Origin: the human T2T-CHM13v2.0 reference genome, Homo sapiens
Assembly (NCBI RefSeq): GCF_009914755.1
Contig: NC_060928.1
Direction: 5' to 3' (one strand)
DNA length: 64,000 bases
Of the stretch, positions 15,725 through 32,200 are shown piece after piece. The translations under genes were made by a program, and so were the position numbers. Under the pieces are notes generated by a model, which did not search any database, was not told where the DNA came from, and worked only from the letters and a program-made list of their open reading frames with translations. Numbering within the stretch: the stretch's first letter is position 1; each line of letters opens with the position of its first letter.

Positions 15725-16443
15725 CTAAACATAGTGCTTGGCATATACTTGTAAACAATCTCAATTTATTTTTCCTTACCCACTGTACCATATCTTATGG
15801 ATGAAGAAGAAAGCCAACTATCAGAATTTGTATCTCAATAGGTATAGTTAGACTTAAGCTTCTTAAGAAGCCAATTTAGAAAATCAAGTGAAATAAAAAT
15901 AAATGCAAAACATTATCTTACACAGAAAAACATAAAAAATGAACTGGATACTACTGTCTAGGGAACTGCTCTAGAACTAAACTGCCCTGGGCATATAACA
16001 CAACACACATTAGGTAACATGCACATCCAATCTTGATAACTTTTTCTGAAAGTTTCAAATACAGGGTTGCTAGTAACTGGCAGTAAAAAAATGTCTTAGG
16101 ACTACATCCTTCCCTGAGAAACGCTCGGTGTCTACTGGATACCAGTTTCTGTCCTATAAGCAAAGAATTTAACAAGCTGATGGTACCACAAACATTTATT
16201 ACTTTCAGAGCAAAAAGAGGGGTGTCAATGTATACTTCTGCAAAATAGAGTAGAAATTCAAATTTCTACCATGGGCAAAAATAAAAATAATTTTGTGACC
16301 TAATATATGTTTGCAGATTTGATGGCTGTCCTCAGAGGGTGTTGGAAGAGGCTTACTCATCAATATCTTCCAAAGCACCATGTTGCATGGGATGAATGGG
16401 AAAAAGAGACAAAGTTTTATGGTGATGTTCTTTTCCTTTCTAA

Positions 16444-16756
<313 letters not shown>

Positions 16757-18864
16757 AATTTCCTCTTGCTTTTAAGTTTCTGCTGTAACATATGAAAGAC
16801 TCAGAATCCCACAGCTTGACTCTTTAGGGCTAAACATTGTAAATGATGTCCTGAAAATACTTTTGTCTAAGTTTCAGTTTCCAGCAGTTTTAAAATAAAG
16901 CCTAAAATTAGTATACATCCAGAAGATATCAACTTTACTATACGAACTAGGGTTCTCATAGCCTAGCCATGGGCTTCAATTTCAGGCTTTAAAATTGCCA
17001 TCAGACAGTGGAATGTTATGGCAGCTCATCCTGAGGAAATAATTTCCTTATAGTGAGGAAAATAATCAAAAGATCACTCTAATACTAATACATAAAGACC
17101 CTTCACTCCATATGCCCCACCCCTCCCCCACCTGCTAAGCATTCTGTATCCGTCTGCCAACTTATGGCAGTGAATGGGAAGGATGAAGGATGTAGTAGAA
17201 GGAAACAATAGTTATGCTGAATCAACAGTTAGACTCTTCTCATTTGTTATGATGATTAATTGCATTTCTGCTGAAGTTACTAAGATAATCAATCCTAGAT
17301 CCAGTTTTTTAGAGGAGCACAAGAACAACTAGTTAGTGAGGTAACATCTGCATCAAGAGCACAGAGAAAAGGCCATCATTTCTCTTTAAAAACATCTAGT
17401 ACAAATATGTATGCAAATGATATGAAATGGCAAAGTAACGTGTTTATTTCACCGGTTATCTCCAAGTAATAAGCTCAATAGGAAAACACAAGCAATTTAG
17501 TCATCTGACTCAACTAATTAGTATTCAACCAATATAGAAGATCTGATCGTCCTGAATCAGTCTAGTATGATCAATGGTTTGCTAGGACCAAATATTTAAA
17601 CTACCTTAAAACACATGCACACAATTTATTAACCTTCCAAAACATACAAATATTCACCATCTCATCTCTTATGCCTTTAGAATATTATGATCTTAATATA
17701 TTTAGGTTAAGTGCTTATAATTATAAGCTGTACTTTAAGCCACTTGCTGCCTTCCTCCATCATTCACTTTAAAGAAAAACTTAAGAAATGAAAGAAAGGG
17801 GCAAAGATAAAGACCACATGTCCATAGGAACTATTAGCATATTAATCTACTGTGTTTCTATGTACACTTCCATCACCAAAGCTATGTTAAGGAAGAGGTT
17901 ATGCCTTAATCAACAGTGCTTGATAAATGCAATCTGGGTGTATTTCTTAAGTATGTTCAAATTTCACAAGTCTTACTTCACAGTAGGGGTTCCAGTTCAT
18001 TCCATACTTTTACGCCATAACACCTCTGATCAAGGAAGAAAGTCTTTAAAAGACCCCAAATAATTAGTTTCCAGAACTAAAGTCAACAAAAAGCATAATT
18101 AATGAGTACATTAGTTGTCTATCTCCAAAGCATTAACATTCATGCACATTTTAAATGAAGGAGATTGAAGGAGATAGAAACACATTTGGCATGTAATATT
18201 TCTAACTCTGATACTTCTAAATACTTCACAAACCCAAGAATTTAGGGGCAACATTTTCACTTCTGTAGCACAGTGTTCCTATAACTCAGCCCTTTCCATG
18301 CCCCACCCTATGTCTTCGGACTGTTGGAGAATTAAATTTAATCAGCGGCTTTGCAGAACGTAAAATCCTATAGTTTCTCCTCTGCTTTTCCTTTTGTCCT
18401 GATCATTTCTCTGCACAGTTGCATCACCCACTCCCACCTTCCACTTGAACTATATCTCCCTCCTCCCCAACTTTATGATTCTTTCACCTTTTCCTCCACT
18501 TCTCTCTCTCCTCTGGCAAAAGGTTGAAAACAAAAACAGCAACAAAAAACCGTGGGTGAGAGCTCTGGGCATAATTTATCAAAGCTGGTCTAAATATCCC
18601 AGCTGCAGTCTACTCCTTTTTCACATTACCTCAAAAACCAAAGAAGTTGGAAAGGAAAAGACAAAACTCCCAGGCAAATATTTTTCAGTTGCCAGTTTTA
18701 ACCCAAATTTTTACCTTTTTTGTTCAAAGAAGTAATAAACAGCAAATGTAGGGTCACTTGAGAAAAAACAAAATTAGTAAATATAGAAAATTATTTTGGT
18801 TAATACTCCCTTAATTGATTTTTACTATTTATAAGAAAGCATGAGGCAGCTGCCAAAACAATAA

Positions 18865-19080
18865 CAGCAATAATAGCAGTAACTTACCCTTATTAATTAC
18901 TCTGTAACAGTCAGTAACACTTTACGTATATTAATTAATTTAATCCTTACAACAATCCCATTAGGTAAATATTTTAAAAGATGAAACAAGGGAACCAAGA
19001 ATTTCCTCTCCCAAAGCCAGTAAATGGAACGGAATCAGAAAATATGGCTCAGAATCTGCCTTCTTAAGAATTGTACCAGA
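18865..19080 (-). mobile_element. MIR
   Basis: Antisense MIR core (atttaatccttacaacaatcccattaggta...agatgaaac). Confidence 0.6.
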
Positions 19081-20204
19081 TAGCCACAACTGTTTTGTTT
19101 CCATGTACATATGCTGTGCACTTACTTGAGTCTTTGTTCTGCAATTTTAAAGAAATGAACTTTTCTGGGGCTAAGATGCATAGAAATCCCTTCAATATAG
19201 AATATTTTTTTCCATTAAATGTTCCCACTATTAGACTAAGTTTTGTGGTAAAGAATGGAAAGAAGAGAAAGTCATGAGCAAAACAGAAATGCCGAAGTGA
19301 GGGCAGAGTTCAAAGTGACATTTTCCCTATACAAGGCACTGTGGGATTCCCCAGGTCCAGCAGCATCCCTTAGCTTCAACCAGAACTCTCCTGGAACCCA
19401 CTGGTCCACCTGCCATTAAAGAGTTTACTGCCTCATGCTACAATATTGACCTTCAAGTCTCTCATAGCTCCCTGCCTTGAAGACACATACAAATTCATGC
19501 TAATGGAAGAAATTTAAAGGAGAGAACTGCCTTCCCCTTTTCATTACCTCCCCAATAGCATTTTCTCCTGTCCAAGAATTTTAAGAGTGTCCTCTATAGT
19601 GCCTAACCAGGAAGGATGATGCAATTGGAGGAATATGCAGACCAGTTAGGAAGATTGAAGAATTTAGGACAAAAGACCACTGGGATTTTGCCTGGCCTTC
19701 TTGAAAAGAGAGCAGTTAATGTTTCTTCCTACTGTTTCCAATTACCTTCTGTTTGCTTTGGTGCCAGTAACAACATCAAGAAAAATGTAGTCAGTTTCTC
19801 TCTATACGGTATGCAATACATTGTAAAAGTAGAGCACTTTGTCAATCCCCTATTTTAGAATAATTACACTATCAAGAAAGTTTTAAATATTGCCTAATTT
19901 CCATTTGCTTTCTACCCACAATATTACCACTCTGCTGAAAACAACAACAACAAAATGTAAACCAAAAGATCAAGTCAGCTCTCCTGAAAAAGAAAAATCT
20001 GTTCCAAAAACTTTTGCTCCTAACCAATGGCCAATTTGGCAACGAGACAAACATATTTGGGAAAAAAACAACAAACGATAAACATAAGACAATCATGAAC
20101 ACGGTGCAAATATCCTCTTTGAAAAATGTCAGTTACACAAAAAATCCAACCGTGTGGAAAAGCATAACTTTTTCCCAAAGAAAGAAAGAAGTACCAGTAC
20201 TTAC

Positions 20205-20321
20205 GGTATCATGAGACTTATCCTTGACATCATAGACTGTTAGTTTTATTTTGGTCTCCTCATAGATGGGATACTCAGATGGGAATGTGACACCAGTCAA
20301 AAACAGTGGGTCCCTTGTTCC
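20205..20321 (-). CDS. INPP4B: INPP4B 117-nt coding exon ([39 protein letters not shown]), C2 domain
   Basis: Acceptor tgttacag|GGA, donor ACC|gtaagt; lies within ORF 20133..20381; C2-type motif P.F...F...Y...KI.LTVYD; phase 0-0. Confidence 0.96.
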
Positions 20322-22374
20322 CTGTAACAGCACAAGCAGACAACTTTGATTCAATAAGGCAGCAACTGTAGTTGGCAGCACGCAAGTGACACATGAGAAT
20401 GCAGAAAGTGTGCCTGAGTCTGTTTTTCAAGGAAATAGTTCTATTAGAAGAGATCTGAATTGTCAAATCCTGCTCTTGGGCAACAACATGGCCCAGGGCC
20501 TTAAGGAAGTGATACAACTGCTGATAGTAAATGAACCTGCATCATTGTCAGAGCTGCCTTGAAAAAGTTTATTTTTATTATCTACAGAACCCTTCTTTAG
20601 GGTTAGTTAATTTAAAATACACTTAATAAATATAACTTGTAATTTATGCAAATAATCTAAGATATTGACTCATCAAATTAAAATGAAGCTATTTTCTCCG
20701 AAAGAACCATGTGGTAATCTTATGCTTCCATTTATTTCCTTTCTGTAATGATTCAATTGAAAATCATGCTCTGATAGTGTCCATTTGTTTTTAGATGTTC
20801 AGCTATGATTTTTTTTTTCCTCAGAATCACTTGAAAACTAATGAAAGAAACTCTAAATATGATGGATTTGAGGCTATAAAATTACTAGCTCAGGATGCAG
20901 TGCACAGGATATTTCAATGCCTCAGAATTCATTTTTAGAGCTGACATCCAGCATTAAATTTTATACATATATATTGCCGAATATCATGGAGATGTTTGCT
21001 AGAGTTCTATAAACTAATTGTCTATGGAAATTTCTGGAAGCCCAAGTAATTCATTCATTTATTCTTTCATTCAACAAATACATTTTGCTTGGCACTGCAT
21101 CAGACACTTTGGAACGGGCAGTGAATAAAACAACTAAAAATAGCAAAACATGTTCAAGTACAATATTTTAAAATGTGCCAAAATAAGACATTTCTTATAG
21201 TTAAGATGGTAAATTTTATAATATGTGTATTTTATCACAATAAAATGAAAATTAAGAAAAAATCAAAATTAAATGAGTGAATAAGTAAATTTTGGCAACA
21301 TTTTTAAAATAACAGAATTTTTAACTTTTTTATATAAAATGAATAACTTACAATTTTGGTTAAGATGTTTTCATATGAATAAGATTATTTTTGTTAATTC
21401 AACTATAGCATTAACTATATATTATACCAACACTGGAACCTAAAGTTTCCAAAGGGCATATTCAGGGCTACATGCAGTATCTGGGTCATTCCCATTATAG
21501 AAATGACTCCCGTTCAGTCTGAATCATTTATTCCACCACCGCATCAAAGCAGGCGGTCAGCCCTGAGCTAGCCAGGTCTGGGGCAGGCTAGTTAGGTTCT
21601 TACAGAGAAACTCCTCATTCAAAACATATGCAGCTCACAAGTCTAAGAAAAACAAGCAAATCTTAAGAAGTGTAGATTATACTTTCTCCAGCCCCAGATG
21701 TTTAAATAAGTATCTCTCATTCATTAAGGTTGTGAAATGTGTGATCAGAACAAAATAATCCAAAGGGAAACACTTCCTCTTTTGAATCTGATCCAACACA
21801 ATAACAAGTTTCCTCTTGACATTTTGAATGTTATATTAGTAATAATAAATGTAAATAGGAAACCTCCCATCTGATGAGTAATATTTATACTTTTTGCCTA
21901 AAAACATAGTTTGTCAAATTAATCATCTACTTTTCCCTGAAAAACATCGTAAGTTGAAAGACAGACAAACAACAGAGAATATAAAGTTTCCACAGACTAA
22001 AGAATACCGGGGGGAAAAAAAGCAAAAACCCTTAACATGTTTAAAATTTCTCTGGGTACTGTACAACTTTCTTTTTTTTCCTCAAAATAAATATTTATTT
22101 CAATTTAAAGTCTGTATGTTGTTTTTCTTTATTCTATGCTCTATATGAGAATTTAAAGTGGGAACTTTTTTTTCTATCTTTGGGAGAAAAATAAACTCTT
22201 TGTATGAAAAGAAAAAAAAAGACAAGTTATTTTTTCATTTGTTCGTTCTAGTAAATTACCAATGCATTGCTTAATAATCTCAGGTATGTGCTTCTTAATG
22301 ACAGAGGATGGTAATGCAGCATTGCTACAGACTATGAACTAACTTATTTCAGCTGTTCATTCAAATCCAGAGAT

Positions 22375-22442
22375 GGGGCGGGGGTGGGGGGGAGGGAGAG
22401 AGAGAGCAAGAGCGAGCGAGCCAGCAAGAGAGAGAGAGAGAG
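22375..22442. repeat. G-run / (GA)n simple repeat
   Basis: ggggcgggggtgggggggaggg followed by interrupted (GA)n. Confidence 0.9.
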
Positions 22443-22468
22443 ATTAATGTAGGCACACAGCATCTCAC

Positions 22469-22587
22469 CTCCACAATTTCGGTGCTGGAGTATCTTGTCA
22501 GACTCTGCTCCACGGGGTGGATTACGGAGATCTGCACCAGTGTATTCAGTTTACGATCACGGACAGGAGCCACGAGATCCTTGCATG
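22469..22587 (-). CDS. INPP4B: INPP4B 119-nt coding exon ((A)[39 protein letters not shown]), C2 domain start
   Basis: Pyrimidine tract and acceptor ...ccgttgccag|CA, donor GAG|gtgaga; lies within ORF 22361..22594; phase 1-0. Confidence 0.96.
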
Positions 22588-25485
22588 CTGGCAACGGCAG
22601 AGGAGACAGAAAGAAAAGAAACTAACACCATATCTCAGGGAAAACTTCTGCGCCGGGCTGAAAGTGAACTTAGCTACAGCACTGAAGGAAATCTCCTGGG
22701 GCTCAGGCTGGTTTTACAGAGGAAGTCCCTTGGAAGTACCTTACAGAAATAGGAAGTCACGTGCTGTGGAGCTGAATTGAGAGTTCATTTCCACTGACCA
22801 CATTTGCAGTTCATGCAAGTCTTGACTGGTCTGAGATCCCAGCTCTAATGCGTGACTATGCACACATGGCTCAGAAACCTCAGTGACTTTAATTAGCCAT
22901 TAAGCCCTGGGCTTTAAGTCACACTCCTTGAGGATGTGAAAGTTGATTTGGGCCATATCTGGGAAACTTTGGTGTTCCTTATTGACATGGGTTGGATTAG
23001 ATCAAGTGTTTGAATTCATACTTGGTCCTTACCTATGTATTCACTAGAACTGGCCTCCCACAGTAATACACACCAACAGAAACAAGGAGAGCAGTTTCTC
23101 AACCACAACAGCACACAAGCAGGGGAAGAGGAAGCAGAGGTAGGATTTTTAAAGCCCTGGTCTGGAATTCAAGCTAAGCCTGGAGGAGATGGGTTAATTC
23201 TTGCCCAGGGGCCACAAAAGTTAAAAACTTTCCCTTGAGACACCAGGCTCATATTACAGACCCTCGCCACCATACCATATTTACTTGAATATTTTCTCCT
23301 CTCACATATCATTCCCCCAATTTGAGGAAGAAAAATCCAGAAAAATATTCCTTTTAAGCAAGTCTGAATCGACTTTCCTCTCTATCCCCGCCACCCTCGC
23401 CTCCCACCTTTGAAATAATAATTTTACTCCCTTCAGCTGAGTTGCTGAGATGTAAAGTGCCCTCACTAGAGGTGGTTCAAGTTAAATTCGGCTGGTGGCT
23501 TGCTGCAGGCTGGAGCTATGGATGGGGGAAGTAGCCCTGGGTCCTTGATTTCATGGTGAGGGCATGCAGGGTTCTATACCATCCCTACCCCACTTCTCAG
23601 ACCATAACAGGAAGGGAGAGAAAGATGAGGTATTTAAGGTATGTTGTGGTCAGAGCTTGCAAGGTCCTTACCATTGGTAACAAAGGTAATATGGCTTAAA
23701 TCTGAAACTTGAAAGCAAAGGAAAGTATAGATGCAATTATCACCTTTCAATTGTTTACAGATAATCTCTTTCAGAAGTACAAGGAGATAGAAAAAGCAGG
23801 AACTTCGGAATGAAACAGGCTTGGTTTTAGTCCAGTTCAAATAGCTAGGCAACACTGGGAAAATTATTTAACTGCTTAACTTCTTGCCAGACTTTCAGAT
23901 CCTGCTGCTTCTGTATGGCGTTTTGTCATATACTTTTTTTTCCTTATATAAACCACATGCCTCTAGTAACAGAAGAGAGCTTATGAAAGCATGTATGGAA
24001 AAAACATAATAGCTACAATGTATTTAACCCTTACTATTTTTGAGGCATTTTGCTAATTATCTCTCTATTCCTTAAAATGGTGCTTTGAATTATTTCAGTT
24101 TTACATAGAACTAGAACTAGAGGCTTGGAAACATGAAGTGCTCACATTTACATTACTAGAATTCTCTGGTAGCTTACATCCTACCCCACTGGCTTCATTT
24201 CTCTTCTTGGCATGCCGACCTGCCCTCCTGCACAATGGCACCTCTCTTTGGAAGACCCACCGCCACACCACGATTATTACTCAACCCAAGAGACTTAGAG
24301 TTTTAAAAAATACTGGTGCCAGGTTTCAATAATGTCAACGTATCACCGGAAGGAAAGAAAAAGCTAGATTTAGATTTTCACTGTTCTTTGGTGGTTATTT
24401 TGATCATTTCCTTTACTTGCAATATGAATGTGTTTAATTTTATTGCTCATAAAATTCAACTGTTGGTTTTCTGCTTACAGTAAACAGCTCTTTTTCCGTT
24501 TCCTGATATTGACATATATCTATCAGAATTTTAAAGCTGAGGCCACTGTGTTTCAAATACAGGCATCTTGCCCACTTTCTGCTTGTAGCCCCATCTTTTA
24601 CCTTGTGAGCTCATGACACCTTTGCTCAAAATAAGTCACTTCTTTTCTGAGTTCTTATCAGACTTGATTGTGGGCTGTGGTTATTTCCCAGAAATGAGCA
24701 GCTGTTCTCCATTTTATCAGAGAGACTCTCACCCTCGTTCCCCATAAAAACAGAGAAAATTTCTATTACACTGAAATGTTCTGTCCAACCCAATTTGCAC
24801 ATTCCCTAATACTGATAAAAATAATGATGATGCTTTGTATTTTTATTATATTCCACATCTAAAAACAATACGGTTACATCTTGTCAGGAAAACAATAATA
24901 GTTACATCTTGGGCTGCACTTTTTTCTTCCTACAGCTCAGAGGATTTACTGTACCCTAAGTCTTATGCAGCATGATATCCTGGAGAGAACCCGAGATCAG
25001 GCAGAATTCCTAAGCTGTGCTCCCAGATTTCCTGCTTTCTAGTTCTGTGGCACTGAGTAAGTCACAAACTCTGACACTTAATTGCCTCATCTATCTACCT
25101 ACCTCTCAGGGTGGAAGTGAGGAAATTGGGCCTTTTTATAAATGGACTTTTCTATGCAAAAAAAAAGTTTACTAATATCATACTAATATATATTAATATC
25201 AACATTTACCAATATCTGGTGTTTTATTATTGTGTAAAATTGTTTTTATTGACTCAGTCATACTCAGCTTTTTAAAAGCTGTTACCAGGTCCAATATTTC
25301 TTCATAAATACTAAATTAGTACATGAGTCATTGCATTTCATAAGGTGAAACCTATTCACATCATGGATCTGTACATACTGAATCAGTCCCACCAGACGGC
25401 TGATAAATAATGAGTGATTGGATTGTTTTGTGAAGATATTACTCATATGATCACTATAAAATCTAATCCGTATGAGAATTATTTA

Positions 25486-25884
<399 letters not shown>

Positions 25885-26425
25885 CTACTCTAGGAGTGGC
25901 CTGCATCTGTGGCCTTCATCAGCTCAGAAGACTAAAAGAAAGCAATGCTTTGGGATTTTGCTTCTGTTTCGTTTTGTTTATTTAAGAATTCTACCCACTT
26001 CAATCTAATGGTCAGTAACAAACAAATGCTACTGCAATCCTTCATTCATCAGTAGATTTTTAATTTCTGCCTTCTTAATGGCTTTGCTTAGTATTGAATT
26101 GTTTAAAAGTGTTCTTAGACCTCAGAAGAGTTTAAATATGCAGGATGTTGATAGATGGGGATTCTAGTGTGCTTGTATCCAGTGTATTTTTTATTGAAAT
26201 GTGGGAAAAATAATAATACAGAAGGAATATATTTTTAAACCATAATTTGTGACTTGTCATCAGAAAAAAAATAAAGAGCAATAAGTGACTTTTTATTTCC
26301 TGATTACTTTTGCTATGGTAACTAGTAACATGAGGGTTCACATTCTACTATGAGTAGCTGTGAGTGAGATGCCTACAGGCATCCCCAGCTCATATTTGTA
26401 CAGGAGCCAGGCAGTTTTCACTCTA

Positions 26426-26845
<420 letters not shown>

Positions 26846-27889
26846 TCAATATGTCCAGGGAGGGCTAGGCACTGAACAAACTGGAAAGCTTACACTATGT
26901 CATAAGATGGAACCTCTATACAAAGTCATTGCCTGAAAAAATGAAGGCCCACTGTGTCCTTGATTTTAGGATTTCTCCAAAGCTTGAAATCCCCAGTCAC
27001 TGTGCAGGTGAACACTGGAACAGCTGCACAAAATACATCTGTTTGATAGATTTGGCCAGAAGTTTTTCTGAGGAATAGAAATTGCCAAATTCTAGTCTTG
27101 ACGCTTACAGCTACTACCTAGCCTCTTAGGAAGAGGGCACAGATTTTCTTCTGCTCCAGCAGTTCTCACTGGAGAGTCCAGAGCTAAAAGGTGGGACTCT
27201 TCAGGATTTTTGTGAAATCAAAGATACTGTCTATACCAAAATACTGCTTTTTATAAAATACCAGTTTCTGTTTCCTGTGGCCATTATTTCAAAATCAGGT
27301 GAAGGCTATTGAGTCCATGATCATTTCTATCATTCCAACCAATTTTGGCTGGAAGCCTAAAAATACCTCTTGATTCACATCAGAGAGCTCAGTCTCAGCA
27401 ATAATCAATTTGAAGTAGAACACAACTGTTCATTCAGGTGCTTTTGAGTTCAGCAACACTGCTCGAATTCAAGTAGTTGTAAAGCATACATTAGACAAGG
27501 GGGGTGTCAACAAGCAGGTGCCTGCCCCAGGCTTTCACGAGAGTGGTGGTGTGAACCACTGAGGCACTGTGAATTGGTGGTCAACCCCAAGTGACCATCT
27601 CTTTCCCCCTAAGAAAACTTTCTTCTGTGAAGTGAGGTCTTTTCTCTTGCCTCACTCTTACTTCATCTCTCTTCTTGCCATTCATTGTTAATGGAATCTA
27701 ACAAAATTTATCCTCTTTCTTCCAGAACAAAGCAGTGGCCACAGGTGCGTGGGAATCAGTGAGGGGGATATGACAAGAATTTCCACATCTCTACAATTCT
27801 GTACTCAAAATTAGCCAAAGGAAATTTAGACTTAGAGGAGAAACCACATACCATAGTGTATGGAGGATAAAGAAATTTTTTTTAACTTA

Positions 27890-28050
27890 AGATAAAACCT
27901 TATTTGAGAGAGCTATATATGACTTTGGATGAATTACTCAATCTCTTTGAATCTCTATTCTAGCATCTGCAAAATGGAAGTAAAAGAATGTACTTCATAA
28001 ATTTGCTATAAAGACAATAAGGTAATGTATATAGAATGCTAATATATGAG
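27890..28050 (+). mobile_element. MIR
   Basis: atgactttggatgaattactcaatctctttgaatctc...catctgcaaaatgg core. Confidence 0.6.
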
Positions 28051-28736
28051 TCCCTTTAAATTATTATTGACATTAATATATAGTTATACTGTGCATTAAC
28101 ACAAAAAATGGATTTTATCTATCCTATATTTTTATACTAATCATATGCTCAAGATATTCCAGATTGGTCCTAATTTTATATAAAGTTATTCTTTTTTCAA
28201 TAAAAGCATTTGTTAAATATATACCTGTGATTTTTTTCACCTTATTTTCAGATAGCTAAATATACATTTTTAAAAGCTCTTTACTAGATCATGTGTTAAT
28301 TGTGAAAATCAGAGGCATCATTAATATGCTGCTTTCTGTGAAATCAGATGTGTACACTTGCACTTGTAATTTTCACCTCTAATGAGGTACTTCCAAATGA
28401 GAAACTTACAATGGAGAAAGCAAACTTGACTTTCTCTCTCCCAGCATATGTGCTACATGTAAATGGTCAACTCACCCTTTAAGCAGGGGTTTAACTAGGA
28501 GGTTAGGGTTCCATTACTCAGTGGATGATGGCCCACAGGGGAGCATTTGCTTAACTACTGAGATGTCCCAAAGGGTCAGGGAAAGAGTTGCTTCTCTGCT
28601 CTGTACATTTCCTTCATCAAAAAGGAAGACTATGGATGCTAATAAAGCTTCTTTTTCTTGCAATTAAAACTAAATGTTACAGCTAGAGCCCAATATAGTC
28701 TGATAGAAGCATACCTTCGAATCTAATGAAAGCTCA

Positions 28737-29210
<474 letters not shown>

Positions 29211-32200
29211 TCAATAGCACCATTCTTATCTCACATCATTTCCCTAAGGATGTGCAAAAGACTTTTGCAGCCTAGGGGGCAGTTTTTTATTCAGAAATTC
29301 TTAATGTTTGTTCAGGTTTCTCAAAACTGTCACATATATGTCCTTCCTCTTTGTACTTCAGAAAATTAGATTCCACTAATCAACTGATAAGCCAATTTAG
29401 GTTTTGTTTCCAGTCCAATAAATTATTGGACTCCATTATATGGTTTCACAGTTAACATTCTATACCAGTGATTACATCTAGATTAAATCAGTTTATATCA
29501 TACATTAAAAGATATATAGAGCACTTAAAAAGCCTAATAGCCCCTCTAATTACTTTATTAGTATAATATGTTTTTCTATTTTTAATCTCCTTTGCCTTTT
29601 TTTGTTTTTTATTCTTCCTTCCCCTCAAGAATTTTAAGACAGCAATTTTCTGAAGCCTAGGATGTCAACCTCTCCAGCTCAGATCTCCTGAGTACATTCA
29701 GAAGAGGATGCTTCCTAGGCTCAGTGCACTACAATCCATGATAATTCAATTATATATAGTAAAATGACAGAATGTACAGTGTCCCTGCCTATACTAATAT
29801 CCACACAATGAGAATTGCACAAGCAGTTGGAAATACTCTCTTCACTACTATCTGTTTATGGTTATTTCTTAGAAGAATATGTCTCTATATCATGCTGAGT
29901 TGATTTATGGCCATGAATATATATCCTCCCATCTTTCTTCTGTATTCTCTGTAAAATCTTTGAGTCTTTAATTCATTGAGAGTAGCTCTCATCTTGTCCT
30001 TCCTCTCATTTTAGCTTATTTTCAATCGGGCAAGCCTGCTTTTTATAATTTTCCTTTGACATTATTCTTTTTTCTTCTCTTCTCTGCCATCTCATATTTC
30101 CTCTCCAACATATGTGTTACTCTCATCACTCTGAAAGACGAGGTTATCAAAGTCGCCACTCATATATTTTATAAGACTTGGGACTCTAGGAGTCAAGCAC
30201 ACACTGCTCTTAACAAACCACAGCTTCTCCCCTCAGTTCACTGGTTTTAAAGTCTTTATAGAAACAAAACAAAAATGTGTTATGTTCTCCTTAACTTTTG
30301 TGTGGGAGATTTTAATTGGCACGCACTTCCTAAAGGACCATGCATCGCTGCCAACATAAGAGATATTTGTTGGAAAAATAGGAACAAATGTATAAAAGTT
30401 GGCATTAAAAAATTAGAAAATGTGTGGGTTTTTTTAGTTTGTTTTCTTCTGTCTTTTAAGGCACTAAGTTCTAAAAATTAATGTCCCAAATTCAAAGCCA
30501 GGGTCTTTCTCTCCAAGAAAGACAATACGCATATAAGGGAAAATAATAGTACTAATTTTAGGTTTCTAAAAGGTCAGCGGATAAAAGCAATTCAATGTTT
30601 AAGACTGAAAGAAAAGAAATCAACCTAAGGAATCAGCTCATACATACACATAAACTAAATGAGTGAATAAACACACAGACAAATAAATAAAGCCATCCTA
30701 ATGCAAGAATCTCTTAGGCATATTGAAATAATGCTAGATACTAGTATTCCTATCTTGCAATCATAAAATGCTAATATTTTCCATATTTTAGGGTTTTTAT
30801 TATTAAAGATAATACATAAAACATGCAAAGAAGGTGAGGCGTGGCAGGAAGCATAATTTGCTAAATGCTTAATATGTACCAGGAAGTATTGGCCTTAGAC
30901 CCTTTCCTTGTGTTAGCTCACATCTAGAACAACATGCCTATTGCTGTCTCATAGTTCCATTAGTTCCACATTCATATTTTTAACTAACCAGCCAGTCAAT
31001 ATTTGTGGTTACAGTGTCTGGCTGAAGGATAAATACTATCTTTTTATTTAACCAATAGCTTAGTATTCAGCAATCTGAGTTAATTTGTTTTCAATAATGT
31101 CATTCTGCTTGTCTGGTTGTCTGCATATTCAATGGTGATTTAGCTTTGCAACAAGAATTTTAAGACTCTCAACCCTCTGATAATAGAATCCAAATAAAAC
31201 TTGAGGAAAGGATGAATCTAATACCATGGGGAGAAAACAGATGACGGAGTTATTGAGGAATATAGGTAATAATTTGCAAGAGGGAATTTAAGAGATTTTA
31301 TTGTAGAAATATTGCTTTAGAATTCTTGCCACATTGAGATTTGAGCATCATTGCTCCTAAATTTCTTTACAACTGATTCACTTGTAAATTAAACTGATTT
31401 CCTTGAAGTAAAATATTAGCTTCAGATTGTTGGGAAATAAGCCCTGAAATAAAGTTTGTTATTTTTTTTACCATCCTATAACACAACAATATTAAAACAT
31501 GTCACCATTATTTTATGTGTCTGTGTGTGTGTTAAATAGAAATGTGCTGGGCTTTTAAATAAAAAAAAAATGGATGAGAAGATAAAATTCACTTCTTTAG
31601 CTGGGAATATTATTGATACTAAAATAAACTTCACACCCAGTACCAATTCTCAATTTAAGTGTCACTGAAGAATCAAGAGGGAAAGAAAAACAACACAACC
31701 TCTGCCTGGAACAATGGTGCTCTTGGGAAATGCTCTTGGATTGTCTGTGCTGGGAAAAATGAAGATACCAGCTGTACAGCAGACAGCTTATTTGCATATG
31801 AAAAGAAAAAATTTGGTTCAAATAATTGTTGTCAGTACCAGAAGACTCCCATTCTCAAGCTTATGCCCTGCTCCCTTAGCTTCTCAGGTCAGTCCTCAGA
31901 AAATCCTATTTTGTCTTGCTTTCATGAATATTACCTAGGTGGCTGAGACTCCATCCTCAAGCAATTGAAATAAAAACAAGTCTGTGCCCGCATCTTTTCT
32001 GGTTGTGATATCCCACACTTCATGCCATAAATTCTAAGCTGGCCTAGCACCGCCTATCGTTGCATTCAGACTTGGCTCTTTTTGTGCATGCTCCAAATCC
32101 AAGTTCCACTTTGGAAACAACAAGTGTTTGCAGCTTTCTGCTGCTCTTTTCAGTGGGAACATATGTGCTGCTTAAGAAAGGATGAAAATGTTATTCCAAG

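Noticed and set aside
20133-22594. ORFs 20133..20381 and 22361..22594 as standalone small proteins
   Set aside because: They are INPP4B exons with open intronic flanks; the splice sites define the real coding limits.
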